From an uncultured Ruminococcus sp. (GTDB lineage: Bacteria > Bacillota > Clostridia > Oscillospirales > CAG-272), in the NCBI GenBank assembly GCA_902778725.1, contig CACYYS010000005.1, positions 2,335-66,334 of the forward strand: a stretch of DNA of 64,000 bases. Direction: 5' to 3'. Made by a program: the position numbers and the translations under genes. The number at the start of each line of letters is the position of its first letter. The first letter of the stretch is position 1. The notes below the pieces were generated by a model. That model ran no database searches, was not told where the DNA came from, and worked only from the letters and a program-made list of their open reading frames with translations. Positions 1-9,238 of the stretch are shown piece after piece.

Positions 1-2
1 TT

Positions 3-980
3 TTATTTTTCGCGCAGCTTCTGCGCGCGGATATCGCGGCCGGCGAACACATAGACGGCAAACTCCCCGAAAAGGCGGGAGGTGATGCGGTCGGCGTAGC
101 GCTCGCGCAGCTCCTTTGCGCCGAGATTGGTATTGATGATGGTGCCCGTCCCCGCGACAAGGCGGGAATTGAGGACTTCATAGAGGACCGAGACGGTGAA
201 CTGATTGGTCACCTCGGTCCCGAGATCGTCAAGCACGAGCAGATCGGCGGAAAAATACCGGTCGGTATCCCCCTCGTCGCTGCCGTAGCCGGAGCGGAAG
301 CGCTCGCGGCTGAAATCGGAGAACATCGTCTGCACGCTGCAGTAAAGCACGCGGTAGCCGCGCATCGCGACCTCGCGCGCCACGGCGCAGCAGAGGTGGG
401 TCTTCCCGAGACCCGTCCCCCCGATAAAGAGGAGGTTGCCGCTGCCCTTGCCGTAAAAGGAGTCGGCGTAGGCGCGGGCGTCCTCGTAGATCCGCTTCAT
501 CGTCCGGTAGTTCTCCTCGCTGTCGCGGTAGTAGTCGAGGGAAAAATTGTCAAAGCGCTGCGTCCGCGTCAGAGCGCCGAGCCCGGACGCCTCGAGCGAG
601 GCCTCCGCCAGCGCGCGCTTCAGGCAGGCGCACATCCCCGCGTCGGTATAGCCGGTGTCCCCGCAGACCGCGCATTCGTACTTCGGGTCCGCCGCGTCCT
701 CGGGGAGGCCCATCGCCTCCAACGCCGCCGCGCGCTTTTGCCGCAGCTCCTCCACCTTGCGTCTCGCCTCCGCCCAGCGCGTCTCCTTGTCCGGTCCCGG
801 ACGTCCTGCCTCGAGCAGAAGTCTCCCGATCCCCGCGAGTCCGCGGTCCGCCTCGGCAAAGGCGGGTGATCTCCGGCAGAACTGCGCCCGTACCTCCTCC
901 GCCCGGCGGATCGCCTCGTTCCGCTTCCGGTCATACTCCTCCATCACGGAGGAATAACTGCTTCCCCAACCTGCTTTCAT
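3..980 (-). CDS. DnaC/DnaI-like replicative helicase loader (AAA+ ATPase)
   Basis: 325-aa ORF; Walker A GGTGLGKTH, Walker B LLVLDDLG, N-terminal Cys cluster CAVCGDTGY..MCAC; directly downstream of a DnaD-domain gene. Confidence 0.85.
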   Translation of the reverse strand: MKAGWGSSYSSVMEEYDRKRNEAIRRAEEVRAQFCRRSPAFAEADRGLAGIGRLLLEAGRPGPDKETRWAEARRKVEELRQKRAAALEAMGLPEDAADPKYECAVCGDTGYTDAGMCACLKRALAEASLEASGLGALTRTQRFDNFSLDYYRDSEENYRTMKRIYEDARAYADSFYGKGSGNLLFIGGTGLGKTHLCCAVAREVAMRGYRVLYCSVQTMFSDFSRERFRSGYGSDEGDTDRYFSADLLVLDDLGTEVTNQFTVSVLYEVLNSRLVAGTGTIINTNLGAKELRERYADRITSRLFGEFAVYVFAGRDIRAQKLREK

Positions 981-1000
981 CGCGGTGTTCCCTTTCGTTT

Positions 1001-1984
1001 TTACTTTTTCTTCTTTGCCGCAAAGCTGCGGTTGAGCGCGTCCTCAAAAAACTCGTCTGTGTCGAAGCTGCCGGCGGCGGGAGCCGCCTGCTTTTTCTTC
1101 TTTTTCCCGTCGGCGGCGCGCGCCTCCTCCGCCGTGCGGATCCCCTCCGTCCACCAGCGGTCGAGAACCTTGTCCGTATACGCGACGCCGGGAGAGCGGG
1201 TGTTGTTCACGGTCACTTCATACGCTTCCTCGATCAGATCGAACGGGTACTCCCGCTCGACGGTCCAGACGGCAAAGCACGCCTGCTCCTTTTTGGTCAG
1301 GGCGCGCTCCCCCATGCCGAAGAGCCGACGCAGCCTTCCCTCCGCCGAGGAGAGCTTTGCCCGGCGGGCAAACTCCGCCTCCAGCGCCGGGAGCGTGGTA
1401 ACGCCCTGCTCGACGAGCGAGCACGCCATCCGCTCGGCGTAGCGGACGTTCCGTTTGTCCCGCTCCGCGCAGTGCGCGAGCAGGGTGAGGATGAACCCCC
1501 CGTCGAGCCCGAGCGTGTCGTGCATCGCGACGATGCCGTTGATCTCGGTGGGGTTGAAGGTCTGGCCGAGCGTCTGCTCGCAGGCGTCGACAAGAGAGGA
1601 AAGGACGTTGTTTTTGGCGAGCAGCTCCCGGATCTCCGCCGAGGTGTAGTCGGGGAGACGCTCGCTTGTGAGGACGCGGACGCCCGCCGGCTTTTCCTCC
1701 GGCCGCGTCTCCGGCTCCGCGGGGGCGCTTGGCTTTTTCTCCGCCGCGCGGGCGGAGGAACGGCTCCTGCCCTGGATCAGTCCCGCGCCGCGCAGGAACC
1801 CGGCCGCCTCTTCAAACTCCGCGGGCGTGAGGCCCGCCGCCGCGGGATCGGTCTCTCCCCCCTCCGCCGCCGCGGAAAGGAGAAGGGCTTTCAGTTCGTT
1901 TTCCGAGATCTCGGAGAGCGCGGCGATCAGCTCGCGCGGCAGCTCGATCTTCTCCGGACCGTATTTCAGTCGGTAAGCTTTCAT
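1001..1984 (-). CDS. DnaD-domain replication initiation protein
   Basis: ORF 1001..2023. Preferred start is the ATG at 1984 (MKAYRLKY), which forms an ATGA overlap with the rex stop. DnaD-like region FNPTEINGIVAMHDTLGLDGGFILTLLAHC; paired with the helicase loader. Confidence 0.75.
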   Translation of the reverse strand: MKAYRLKYGPEKIELPRELIAALSEISENELKALLLSAAAEGGETDPAAAGLTPAEFEEAAGFLRGAGLIQGRSRSSARAAEKKPSAPAEPETRPEEKPAGVRVLTSERLPDYTSAEIRELLAKNNVLSSLVDACEQTLGQTFNPTEINGIVAMHDTLGLDGGFILTLLAHCAERDKRNVRYAERMACSLVEQGVTTLPALEAEFARRAKLSSAEGRLRRLFGMGERALTKKEQACFAVWTVEREYPFDLIEEAYEVTVNNTRSPGVAYTDKVLDRWWTEGIRTAEEARAADGKKKKKQAAPAAGSFDTDEFFEDALNRSFAAKKKK

Positions 1985-2643
1985 TCCCCGGCCCGCCCGC
2001 TTTTCTCCCGGAGATCGTAGCACAGGGTCATCAGCGTGTCGCCGAGGTGGATGTTCTGCACCGTGGCGTGCGCGAGGTGCAGCTCAATATTCGTGAAATT
2101 CCACACGCCGCGGATGCCGGCGCGGTCGATCCGCTCCGCCACCTCCCGCGTGACGGCGCGCGGCACGGTCAGCACCGCGATATCCGGCCGGTGCTCCGCC
2201 ACGTAATCCTCAAACTCCTCCATCCCGAGGATGGAAAAGCCGCAGAAGGTCTGCCCGACCAGAGAGGGCGAGACGTCAAAGAGCGCCTCCAGCGTGACGC
2301 CGCGCTTGCGGAAGACGGGGCTCGACGCGAGCGCCCGGCCGAGGTTGCCCGTGCCGACGATCACGGCGCGGTATCCTTCGTTTACCCCGAGGATCGAGGC
2401 GATATGCTCGTAAAGGCGCGGGACGCTGTACCCGTACCCCTGCTGGCCGAAGCCGCCGAAGCAGTTGAAGTCCTGCCGGATCTGGGAGGCGGTGATGCCG
2501 AGCATCTCGGCAAGCTCGGAGGAGCTGATGCGCTCCACCCCCGCGTCCTTCAGATCGGCGAGATAGCGGTAATAGCGCGGCAGACGGTTGATGACCGCCG
2601 TGGAGATCGTCTTTTCTCTCGGATCTTTGTTTTCCTTTTCCAT
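1981..2643 (-). CDS. rex: Redox-sensing transcriptional repressor Rex
   Basis: 220 aa; winged-helix INRLPRYYRYL, Rossmann IVGTGNLGRAL; full-length family-typical layout. Confidence 0.92.
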   Translation of the reverse strand: MEKENKDPREKTISTAVINRLPRYYRYLADLKDAGVERISSSELAEMLGITASQIRQDFNCFGGFGQQGYGYSVPRLYEHIASILGVNEGYRAVIVGTGNLGRALASSPVFRKRGVTLEALFDVSPSLVGQTFCGFSILGMEEFEDYVAEHRPDIAVLTVPRAVTREVAERIDRAGIRGVWNFTNIELHLAHATVQNIHLGDTLMTLCYDLREKSGRAGE

Positions 2644-2671
2644 TTTTTTCTCCGATCGCAGCGTTCTTTCT

Positions 2672-3844
2672 TCAGCGGGCGAGGAGGCGCCGGAGCGTCT
2701 CCGTCAGATACGCGGTATACTCCGCGCAGGTCGCGCCCGCGTAGCCGTCGATCACGACGGCGGCGTCCCGTCCGGTCGTCTCCGCGAGCGCCGCGGCAAG
2801 CAGATCCGCCTCCCGCGAAAAAGAGATATGTCGCAGCAGCATCTCGGTCGCCCGGAGGATGCTCTGGGGGTTGGCGTAATGACCCTTCCCCTCCGCGATC
2901 ATACGCGGAGCGGAGCCGTGGATCGCCTCGAACATCGCGTAGCGGTCGCCGATGTTGGCGCTCCCGCCGGTGCCGACGCCGCCCTGGATCTGCGCCGCCT
3001 CGTCGGTGATGATGTCCCCGTAGAGGTTGGGGAGGAGGAAGACCTGGAAGCGGCTCCGGATCTCCTCGTTGACCAGGTTGGCCGTCATGATGTCGATGTA
3101 CCAGTCCTCGTGCCCGATCTCCGGGTACTCGGCGGCGATCTCGTTTGCGATGCGGGAGAACTTGCCGTCCGTCTTTTTCATGATGTTCGCCTTGGTGACG
3201 ACGGCGACGTTCGTTTTGCCGTTTTTGCGCGCGAACTCGAAGGCGGCGCGGGCGATGCGGCGGGTGCCGGCGTCCGTCGTGATCTTGAAATCGCAGGCGA
3301 GCTTATCGCCCACCTCCACGCCGCGCGAGCCGAGAACGTACTCTCCCTCCGTGTTCTCACGGAAGAAGGTCCAGTCGATCCCCTTCTCGGGGACGGAAAC
3401 GGGACGGACGTTGGCGTAAAGATCGAGCTCCCGGCGCAGGGTGACGTTCGCGCTCTCCATATCCGGCGCGTCGGAGCCGCCCTTCGGCGTCGTGGTCGGG
3501 CCTTTGAGGAGCACGTCGCAGCCCTTGATCTCCCGGAGGATCGGCGCGGGGACGGACTCGCCGCACGCCAGGCGGTTCTCGATCGTGAGCCCCTCGATCG
3601 GCACAAGCTCGACCTTCCCTTCCGCCAGCTTCTCCGCGAGCAGCAGATCGAGCACCTGCCGCGCGCTCTCGAAAATGACCGTTCCGATCCCGTCGCCGGG
3701 GATCAGACCGATGCGGATCTTCTCTTTTTTTGCGTAATCGACCGAGCCGGCCTCCCGCTCCATCCGCTCCTCGCGGGCCAGCTGTTCACGCAGGATCGTT
3801 TCAAAGCGGTCAAGACAGGTACGGATCTCGTTTTCGTAGTTCAT
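2672..3844 (-). CDS. Isocitrate/isopropylmalate dehydrogenase family protein (likely isocitrate dehydrogenase)
   Basis: ORF 2672..3913; start chosen at MNYENEI (ATG 3844) with aaagga RBS 9 nt upstream; motifs IGLIPGDGIG and NLYGDIITDEAA. Confidence 0.8.
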   Translation of the reverse strand: MNYENEIRTCLDRFETILREQLAREERMEREAGSVDYAKKEKIRIGLIPGDGIGTVIFESARQVLDLLLAEKLAEGKVELVPIEGLTIENRLACGESVPAPILREIKGCDVLLKGPTTTPKGGSDAPDMESANVTLRRELDLYANVRPVSVPEKGIDWTFFRENTEGEYVLGSRGVEVGDKLACDFKITTDAGTRRIARAAFEFARKNGKTNVAVVTKANIMKKTDGKFSRIANEIAAEYPEIGHEDWYIDIMTANLVNEEIRSRFQVFLLPNLYGDIITDEAAQIQGGVGTGGSANIGDRYAMFEAIHGSAPRMIAEGKGHYANPQSILRATEMLLRHISFSREADLLAAALAETTGRDAAVVIDGYAGATCAEYTAYLTETLRRLLAR

Positions 3845-3909
3845 GGTTTCGGTTCCTTTTTCAATATTCAAAGTTTTCGACAGACTGTCGAAAGTTTTGC
3901 ACACCTTTT

Positions 3910-4914
3910 TCAATCGGCGTAAGCGTTGAGCGTTTCGTCCGCGCGCACGCCGGCGGTAAACTGAAAATACCCTTCCGCCGCCGCCATCGCGCCGTTGTCC
4001 CCGCAGAGGGAGAGCGGCGGGAGGTAGAGACGGGCGCCGTTTTCCCGGCAGAGGGTTTCAAAGGCGGCGCGCAGATGGGAATTGGCGGCGACGCCGCCGG
4101 CAAGCACGATGTCCCGGATTCCGGTCGCGGCGATCGCCTCCCGCGCGCGCTCGGTCAGTCCCCCGACGACGGCGGCGGTAAAGGACGCCGCGAGGTCGGC
4201 GGGCGGGATCTCCTCCCCGCGCTGGCGGGCGGAGTTGACGGCGTTGAGCGCCGCCGTCTTCAGACCGGAAAAGGAGAGATCGAGCCCTCTGCCCGGCACG
4301 GCGGGCGAGGGGAAACGGATCGCCTCCGGGTCCCCCTCCGACGCAAGCCGGTCCATCGCGGCGCCGGCGGGATAGGGGAGACCGATGACCCTGCCCACCT
4401 TGTCGAACGCCTCGCCCGCCGCGTCGTCGCGCGTGGCGCAAAGCTCGGTGTAGGCGGTGGGAGAGTCGACCCGGAAGAGGGCCGTGTGCCCGCCGGAGAC
4501 GGCAAAGGCGAGGTAGGGGGGCTTTGGCGGATCGGGCAGCAGCGACGCCGCCGCGATGTGCGCGTGGACGTGGTCGACGGGGACGAGCGGGATGCCGTGA
4601 GAGAACGCCAGGCTCTTGGCAAAGTTGACGCCGACGAGCAGCGCCCCGATCAGCCCGGGGCGGTTGGTGACGGCGACGCAGGAGAGCGCGGAGAGCGGGA
4701 CGTCCGCCTCCGCGAGCGCCCGCCTTGTGACGGCGGAGATCGCCTCAACGTGCGCCCGGCCCGCCAGCTCCGGGACAACGCCGCCCCAAAGCCGGTGCGT
4801 CTCCACCTGGGAGGCGACGACGTCCGAGCGGACGGTCAAAACGCCTTCCCGCGACGCTTCGACGACCGACGCCGCCGTCTCGTCGCAGGAGGACTCGATT
4901 CCGAGAATGAACAT
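3910..4914 (-). CDS. tsaD: tRNA N6-adenosine threonylcarbamoyltransferase TsaD
   Basis: 334 aa; N-terminus MFILGIESSCDETAASVV, HVHAHI metal site, rimI immediately upstream as in the conserved tsaB-rimI-tsaD arrangement. Confidence 0.93.
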   Translation of the reverse strand: MFILGIESSCDETAASVVEASREGVLTVRSDVVASQVETHRLWGGVVPELAGRAHVEAISAVTRRALAEADVPLSALSCVAVTNRPGLIGALLVGVNFAKSLAFSHGIPLVPVDHVHAHIAAASLLPDPPKPPYLAFAVSGGHTALFRVDSPTAYTELCATRDDAAGEAFDKVGRVIGLPYPAGAAMDRLASEGDPEAIRFPSPAVPGRGLDLSFSGLKTAALNAVNSARQRGEEIPPADLAASFTAAVVGGLTERAREAIAATGIRDIVLAGGVAANSHLRAAFETLCRENGARLYLPPLSLCGDNGAMAAAEGYFQFTAGVRADETLNAYAD

Positions 4915-4924
4915 AGCTTCCTTC

Positions 4925-5419
4925 TTATCGTGTGGTATCGCCGGAAAGATCGAGCCGCATCACAACGGCGTCCTCCTCCGGCGCGGTATAGTAGCGTTTC
5001 CGCCTCCCGCAGGGAGAAAAAGCAAAGGACCGGTAGAGCGCGATCGCCGGGGCGTTCGACTCCCGCACCTCCAGATAGACGTGCCGGGTCCCCCCCGCCC
5101 GCAGACGGGTGAAAAGCTCCCGCAGGAGCGCGGCGGCGATCCCCCGGCGCCGGTAAGCGGGGAGGACTGCCACGTCGGTGATATCGCACTCGTCGGCGGC
5201 GCAGACGGCAGAGACGAGACCGACCGCCCGCTCCCCGCAAAAGGCAAAGAGCGTGAGCGCGGCGGGCGAGGCGAGCGCCTCTCCGATCATCCCGGGGCTC
5301 CAGGGGTCGGAAAAGCAGGCAAGCTCGATCTCCTCCCACGCGCGCACCGCCTCCTCCGAGGAGGAGACGCGCAGGACGCGCACCGCGTCAGTATCCGAGG
5401 GTCCCGTCCAGGCTGTCAT
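4925..5419 (-). CDS. rimI: Ribosomal-protein-alanine N-acetyltransferase (GNAT)
   Basis: 164-aa GNAT fold with acetyl-CoA loop RRRGIAAALL; sits before tsaD. An alternative GTG start at 5383 would remove the 32-nt overlap with the upstream gene. Confidence 0.8.
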   Translation of the reverse strand: MTAWTGPSDTDAVRVLRVSSSEEAVRAWEEIELACFSDPWSPGMIGEALASPAALTLFAFCGERAVGLVSAVCAADECDITDVAVLPAYRRRGIAAALLRELFTRLRAGGTRHVYLEVRESNAPAIALYRSFAFSPCGRRKRYYTAPEEDAVVMRLDLSGDTTR

Positions 5420-5876
5420 CGTTCTCGATCCAGTCGGCGACGGTCAGCTCCCGGTACTCGGTCTTTGTGTCGCGGATATAGACCTTGGCGATCCCCGCGT
5501 TGAGGATCTGGCGCTTGCACATCATGCAGTTCGCCGTCCCCGGGACGACCTCCCCGGTCTTCGGGTCGGTGCAGCACATATACATCGAGGCGCCGATCAT
5601 CTCCTCGCGGGAGGCGGCGATGATGGCGTTCGCCTCGCTGTGGACCGAGCGGCAGAGCTCGTAGCGCTCTCCGCGCGGGACGTTCATCTGGTCGCGCAGG
5701 CAAAAGCCGAGGTCGCAGCAGTTTTTGCGGCCGCGGGGCGCGCCGTTGTATCCGGTGGAAACGATGCTGTCGTTTTTGACGATGATGGCGCCGAAGCGGC
5801 GGCGCAGACAGGTACTCCGCTCGGAGACCGTCTCCGCGATATCGAGATAATAGTTGTGTTTGGATACCCGTTCCAT
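5388..5876 (-). CDS. dCMP (deoxycytidylate) deaminase
   Basis: 162 aa; zinc motifs HSEANAI and NCMMCKRQI typical of the ComEB/dCMP deaminase family. Confidence 0.88.
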   Translation of the reverse strand: MERVSKHNYYLDIAETVSERSTCLRRRFGAIIVKNDSIVSTGYNGAPRGRKNCCDLGFCLRDQMNVPRGERYELCRSVHSEANAIIAASREEMIGASMYMCCTDPKTGEVVPGTANCMMCKRQILNAGIAKVYIRDTKTEYRELTVADWIENDDSLDGTLGY

Positions 5877-5886
5877 TTTCTTCTCC

Positions 5887-6771
5887 TTACAGAGTCTTCA
5901 CAAATTCACGCAAAAAGGCGGAAAACGCCTCCCCGACCTCGGGGTGCCGGACCCCCTGCGCGACGTTGGCGGCGAGCAGGCCGAGCTTGGAGCCGAGGTC
6001 GAACCGCTCCCCCTCGAAGACCAGCCCCGTCATCCCGCGGCGGCGCGCGTACTCCGCCATCGCGTCGGTGAGCTGGATCTCGCCGCCGGCGCCGGGCGCC
6101 GTGTTCTCAAGGATACCGAAGATCTCCGGGGTGAGCAGCACGCGCCCGAGGATCGCGAGATCGGTGTATTCCCTGCCGGGCGCGGGCTTTTCGATCATAT
6201 CGGAAACGAAATACTCCTCCCGCTCCGCTCCGGGGATCGCCTCCGCCTTCATCGAGCAGAACTTCCTCAGATCCTCCGGCGGGACGTGCTTCAGTCCCGC
6301 GACCGGGCGCCCGTAGCGGGCGTACGACCCGATCAGCTGCGCGGCGACCGGCGTCTCGGAAAAAATGACGTCGTCCCCGTAAAGGACGGCGAAGGGCTCG
6401 TCCCCGACAAAGCTGCGCGCCTGCAGGATCGCGTGCCCGAGACCCTTTTTTTCCTTTTGCCGGAGGAAGAAGACGTTGCCGCGGCTGACCTCGGCGCGGA
6501 GCGCCTCCACCTCGCCCGCTCTCCCCTTTGCCGTCAGCGCGGCGTCATACTCGGGAGAGAAGTCGAAATAGTCCTCCATCGCTTCCTTTTCCCGCCCCGT
6601 GATGATCAGGACGTCGGTGATCCCGCTGTCGAACGCCTCGTTGACCAGATAGCTGATCGCGGGACGGTCTACGATCGGGAGCATCTCCTTCGGCACACAG
6701 CGGGAGATCGGAAGCATCCGGGTCCCCAGACCCGCGGCGGGGATAACGGCTTTTCTGACTTTCTTGCTCAA
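5887..6771 (-). CDS. galU: UTP--glucose-1-phosphate uridylyltransferase
   Basis: 294 aa; KAVIPAAGLGTRMLP and VPKEMLPIVDRP signature. Confidence 0.92.
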   Translation of the reverse strand: MSKKVRKAVIPAAGLGTRMLPISRCVPKEMLPIVDRPAISYLVNEAFDSGITDVLIITGREKEAMEDYFDFSPEYDAALTAKGRAGEVEALRAEVSRGNVFFLRQKEKKGLGHAILQARSFVGDEPFAVLYGDDVIFSETPVAAQLIGSYARYGRPVAGLKHVPPEDLRKFCSMKAEAIPGAEREEYFVSDMIEKPAPGREYTDLAILGRVLLTPEIFGILENTAPGAGGEIQLTDAMAEYARRRGMTGLVFEGERFDLGSKLGLLAANVAQGVRHPEVGEAFSAFLREFVKTL

Positions 6772-6933
6772 GGTCGCCCTCCTTTGCCGGAAACGGTCTC
6801 CGTTTCCGGGTAGACTTTCGCTTATACCAATATTATACTTTATTCTCTATAAATTTCAAGTTTTTTTTGGAAGATGATTGTTTTTTACCCTCCCGCGCGG
6901 TAAAATAGGAGCAGTACAGAAAAGGAGCGCCCT

Positions 6934-8769
6934 ATGTCCGTTTTTACTCTTAACAAGACCCTCGCCCTGCTCGGGCGGGTAATGAACCCGGAGGAGAGCG
7001 TGCGGCCGGAGATCTCTCTCCCCCACGCCAAGCCCTCCCTCCCCCTCCGTCCCTCCGTCCCTCCTCTCCCGCGCTGCCTGCCGGAAGAGGCGGGCGTGCC
7101 CTCCGCCGTGATCGCGGATTTCCTCGATAAGCTGCAGAAGGACGACGCCCTCAATATGCACACCGTTCTCATCGGCCGCCGCGGGCGCATCCTCTGTGAA
7201 GCCCCCTTCGGGATGCAGGATCCGCGCGCGCCGAAATATCTCTTTTCCGCCTCCAAGAGCTTCGTCTCCCTCGCCGTCGGCATCCTCTGCGGGGAGGGAA
7301 AACTCTCCCTTGAGGAAAAGGTCACCGATCTCTTCCCCGAGGAGGCGGGCGCCCTCTCCCGCCTGCTCCGCCGCCCGATGACCGTGCGGCACCTCCTCAC
7401 GATGACCGCCGGCTCCCTCTTCAACGAAGCGGAGTCGATGGCGGAGCGGGAGTGGGTCCGGACCTTTCTCAACGCGGCCGCCTACGGAGAGCTCGGCAAG
7501 ACCTTTTACTACAACAGCCTCAATACCTACGTCCTCGCCGCCGCCGTCGTCCGCCGCAGCGGCGAGAGCCTGACCGAATACCTCACAAAACGCCTCTTCG
7601 CTCCGCTCGGCATCACCGACCTCTACTGGGAAAAGAGCCCCGAGGGGATCGAAAAGGGCGGATGGGGCCTCTACCTGCGGGCGGAGGACCTCTTCAAGGT
7701 CGGGGAGCTCCTCCAGAACGGCGGCGTCCTCGACGGCCGCGCTCTGATCCCCGCCTCCTACCTGCGGGAAGCGCTCTCCGAACAGGTGAAGGCTCCGGAA
7801 TCCTACGGCGACTTCAACTACGCCTACCAGATCTGGACCGGACGCAAAAAGGACTCCTTCCTCTTCAACGGGATGCTCGGGCAGAATCTGTACTGCAATA
7901 CGGCAAACGGCGTAACCGTCGTCTTCTTTGCCGGAAACGACGATATGTTCCAGCAGTCCTCCGCCTTTACCTATCTGCTCGAGCGCTTTGCCGCGCCTTT
8001 TTCCGATACGCTGCCCCCGGATCCCGCGGGCTATGCCGCGCTGCAAAGCAAGCTGGCGGAGCTGACCGCGCTCCCGCTCCCTCCGGCGCCGCCCGCGCCC
8101 CCCGCCCCCGCCGGATTCTGGCAGCGGCTCCGCGCCCGGATGAAAAAGCGGGAAAGCGCGCCCGTCCCCGCGCCGACAGTCCCCCCGCTCCCCGGGGAGT
8201 GCGCCCTCCTCTGCGGCAGGACCGCCTCGGTAAAAGGGAACGACGGCGCGCATATCGGCTTCTTCCCTTTTTTGATGCAGATCATCCAGAACAACTATAC
8301 CGCGGGGCTGAAGGAGATCTCCTTCGCTTCTCAGAACGGCGTTTTTCTCCTCTGCTACCGTGAAAAGGACGCCTGCTATACCGTCCCCGTCGGCTTCTTC
8401 GCCCCCGCCGACGGCGAGATCAACGTGGGAGGCGACAACTTCCGCATCCGCAGCATCGGGCGCTTCTCCCGCGATCTCTGCGGCAGGACCGTCCTGGAGG
8501 TGCGCACCGACTTCCTCGAGCTCCCCTCCACGCGCCTGCTCACCTTCTCCCTCGGGCACGCCTCCCTCACCCTCTCCCAGCGCGAGCTGCCGGGCAAGGG
8601 CGTCGTCCTCACCTCCCTCGCCTCCACTCTCGCACAGTACGCCGACCTCCCCTTCGCCGCCGCTCTCGGCGACCGGCTCTCCGGTCCCGCCGTCCGCCAG
8701 CGCGCCGCCGCCGTCTTCGAGCCGGAGATCACCCTTGAACTGAACGCCCGTCCCGCGGACGGGAGATAA
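6934..8769 (+). CDS. Serine hydrolase, beta-lactamase/PBP-like (class C-type fold) with an approximately 250-aa C-terminal extension
   Basis: 611 aa; SxxK motif in LFSASKSFVSLAVG; high third-position GC in this frame. The 762-aa ORF on the opposite strand is a shadow. Confidence 0.8.
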   Translation: MSVFTLNKTLALLGRVMNPEESVRPEISLPHAKPSLPLRPSVPPLPRCLPEEAGVPSAVIADFLDKLQKDDALNMHTVLIGRRGRILCEAPFGMQDPRAPKYLFSASKSFVSLAVGILCGEGKLSLEEKVTDLFPEEAGALSRLLRRPMTVRHLLTMTAGSLFNEAESMAEREWVRTFLNAAAYGELGKTFYYNSLNTYVLAAAVVRRSGESLTEYLTKRLFAPLGITDLYWEKSPEGIEKGGWGLYLRAEDLFKVGELLQNGGVLDGRALIPASYLREALSEQVKAPESYGDFNYAYQIWTGRKKDSFLFNGMLGQNLYCNTANGVTVVFFAGNDDMFQQSSAFTYLLERFAAPFSDTLPPDPAGYAALQSKLAELTALPLPPAPPAPPAPAGFWQRLRARMKKRESAPVPAPTVPPLPGECALLCGRTASVKGNDGAHIGFFPFLMQIIQNNYTAGLKEISFASQNGVFLLCYREKDACYTVPVGFFAPADGEINVGGDNFRIRSIGRFSRDLCGRTVLEVRTDFLELPSTRLLTFSLGHASLTLSQRELPGKGVVLTSLASTLAQYADLPFAAALGDRLSGPAVRQRAAAVFEPEITLELNARPADGR

Positions 8770-8785
8770 CCGAAAAAGCAGAAAA

Positions 8786-8822
8786 GGAAAAGCCGATCCG
8801 CGGGGATCGGCTTTTTCCTTTT
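8786..8822 (+). terminator. Rho-independent terminator after the serine hydrolase gene
   Basis: Stem ggaaaaagccgatcc / ggatcggctttttcc with gcgg loop, followed by a T-run. Confidence 0.75.
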
Positions 8823-8838
8823 GGGCGCTGGCGCCGCA

Positions 8839-9238
8839 GGGACTGAAGGAGTCAGGGGAGGAAGGAAAAAAGACAGCGAGGAGAAACTCCTTCCGTCTCG
8901 CTCCGCGAGCCACCTCCCTCGAGAGGGAGGCAACGTGGATTCCTTCCACCGCAAGCGGTCCCCCGTCCCGAAAGGCTCCCTCCCCGAGGGAGCTGTCGCC
9001 CGCAGGGCGACTGAAGGAGTGGGAAAAGAAAAGGGGAACGCAAGAGAAACGACAGAGAGGAAAAACTCCTTCCACCGCAAGCGGTCCCCCTCCCTCGGGG
9101 AGGGAGGCTATCAAAACTCCTTCCGTCGCGGCAAGCCGCGCCACCGGCCCGTCGGGGTCCCCGGAAAGGTCCGGAGGACCTTTTGGGGATTCGGGCCCTC
9201 GAGAGGGAGGCTGACGGGGACTCCTTCCGCCGAGGGCC
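8839..9238. repeat. Array of about five degenerate units (ACTCCTTCC core plus CTCCCTC-N4-GAGGGAG type palindromes) with two long purine-loop hairpins
   Basis: actccttcc/attccttcc at 8886, 8939, 9064, 9114 and 9220. gactgaaggagt at 8842 and 9009 pairs with the downstream actccttc. ctccctcgagagggagg, ctccctccccgagggag, ccctccctcggggaggg and cctcgagagggagg palindromes. Confidence 0.8.

Noticed and set aside
6856-9144. 762-aa minus-strand ORF covering the serine hydrolase gene and the repeat array, with recurring GGPLAVEG peptides
   Set aside because: It is antisense to a gene with a clear SxxK hydrolase signature. Its composition is Gly/Arg/Glu-rich shadow-frame junk, and the recurring peptides are just translated DNA repeats.
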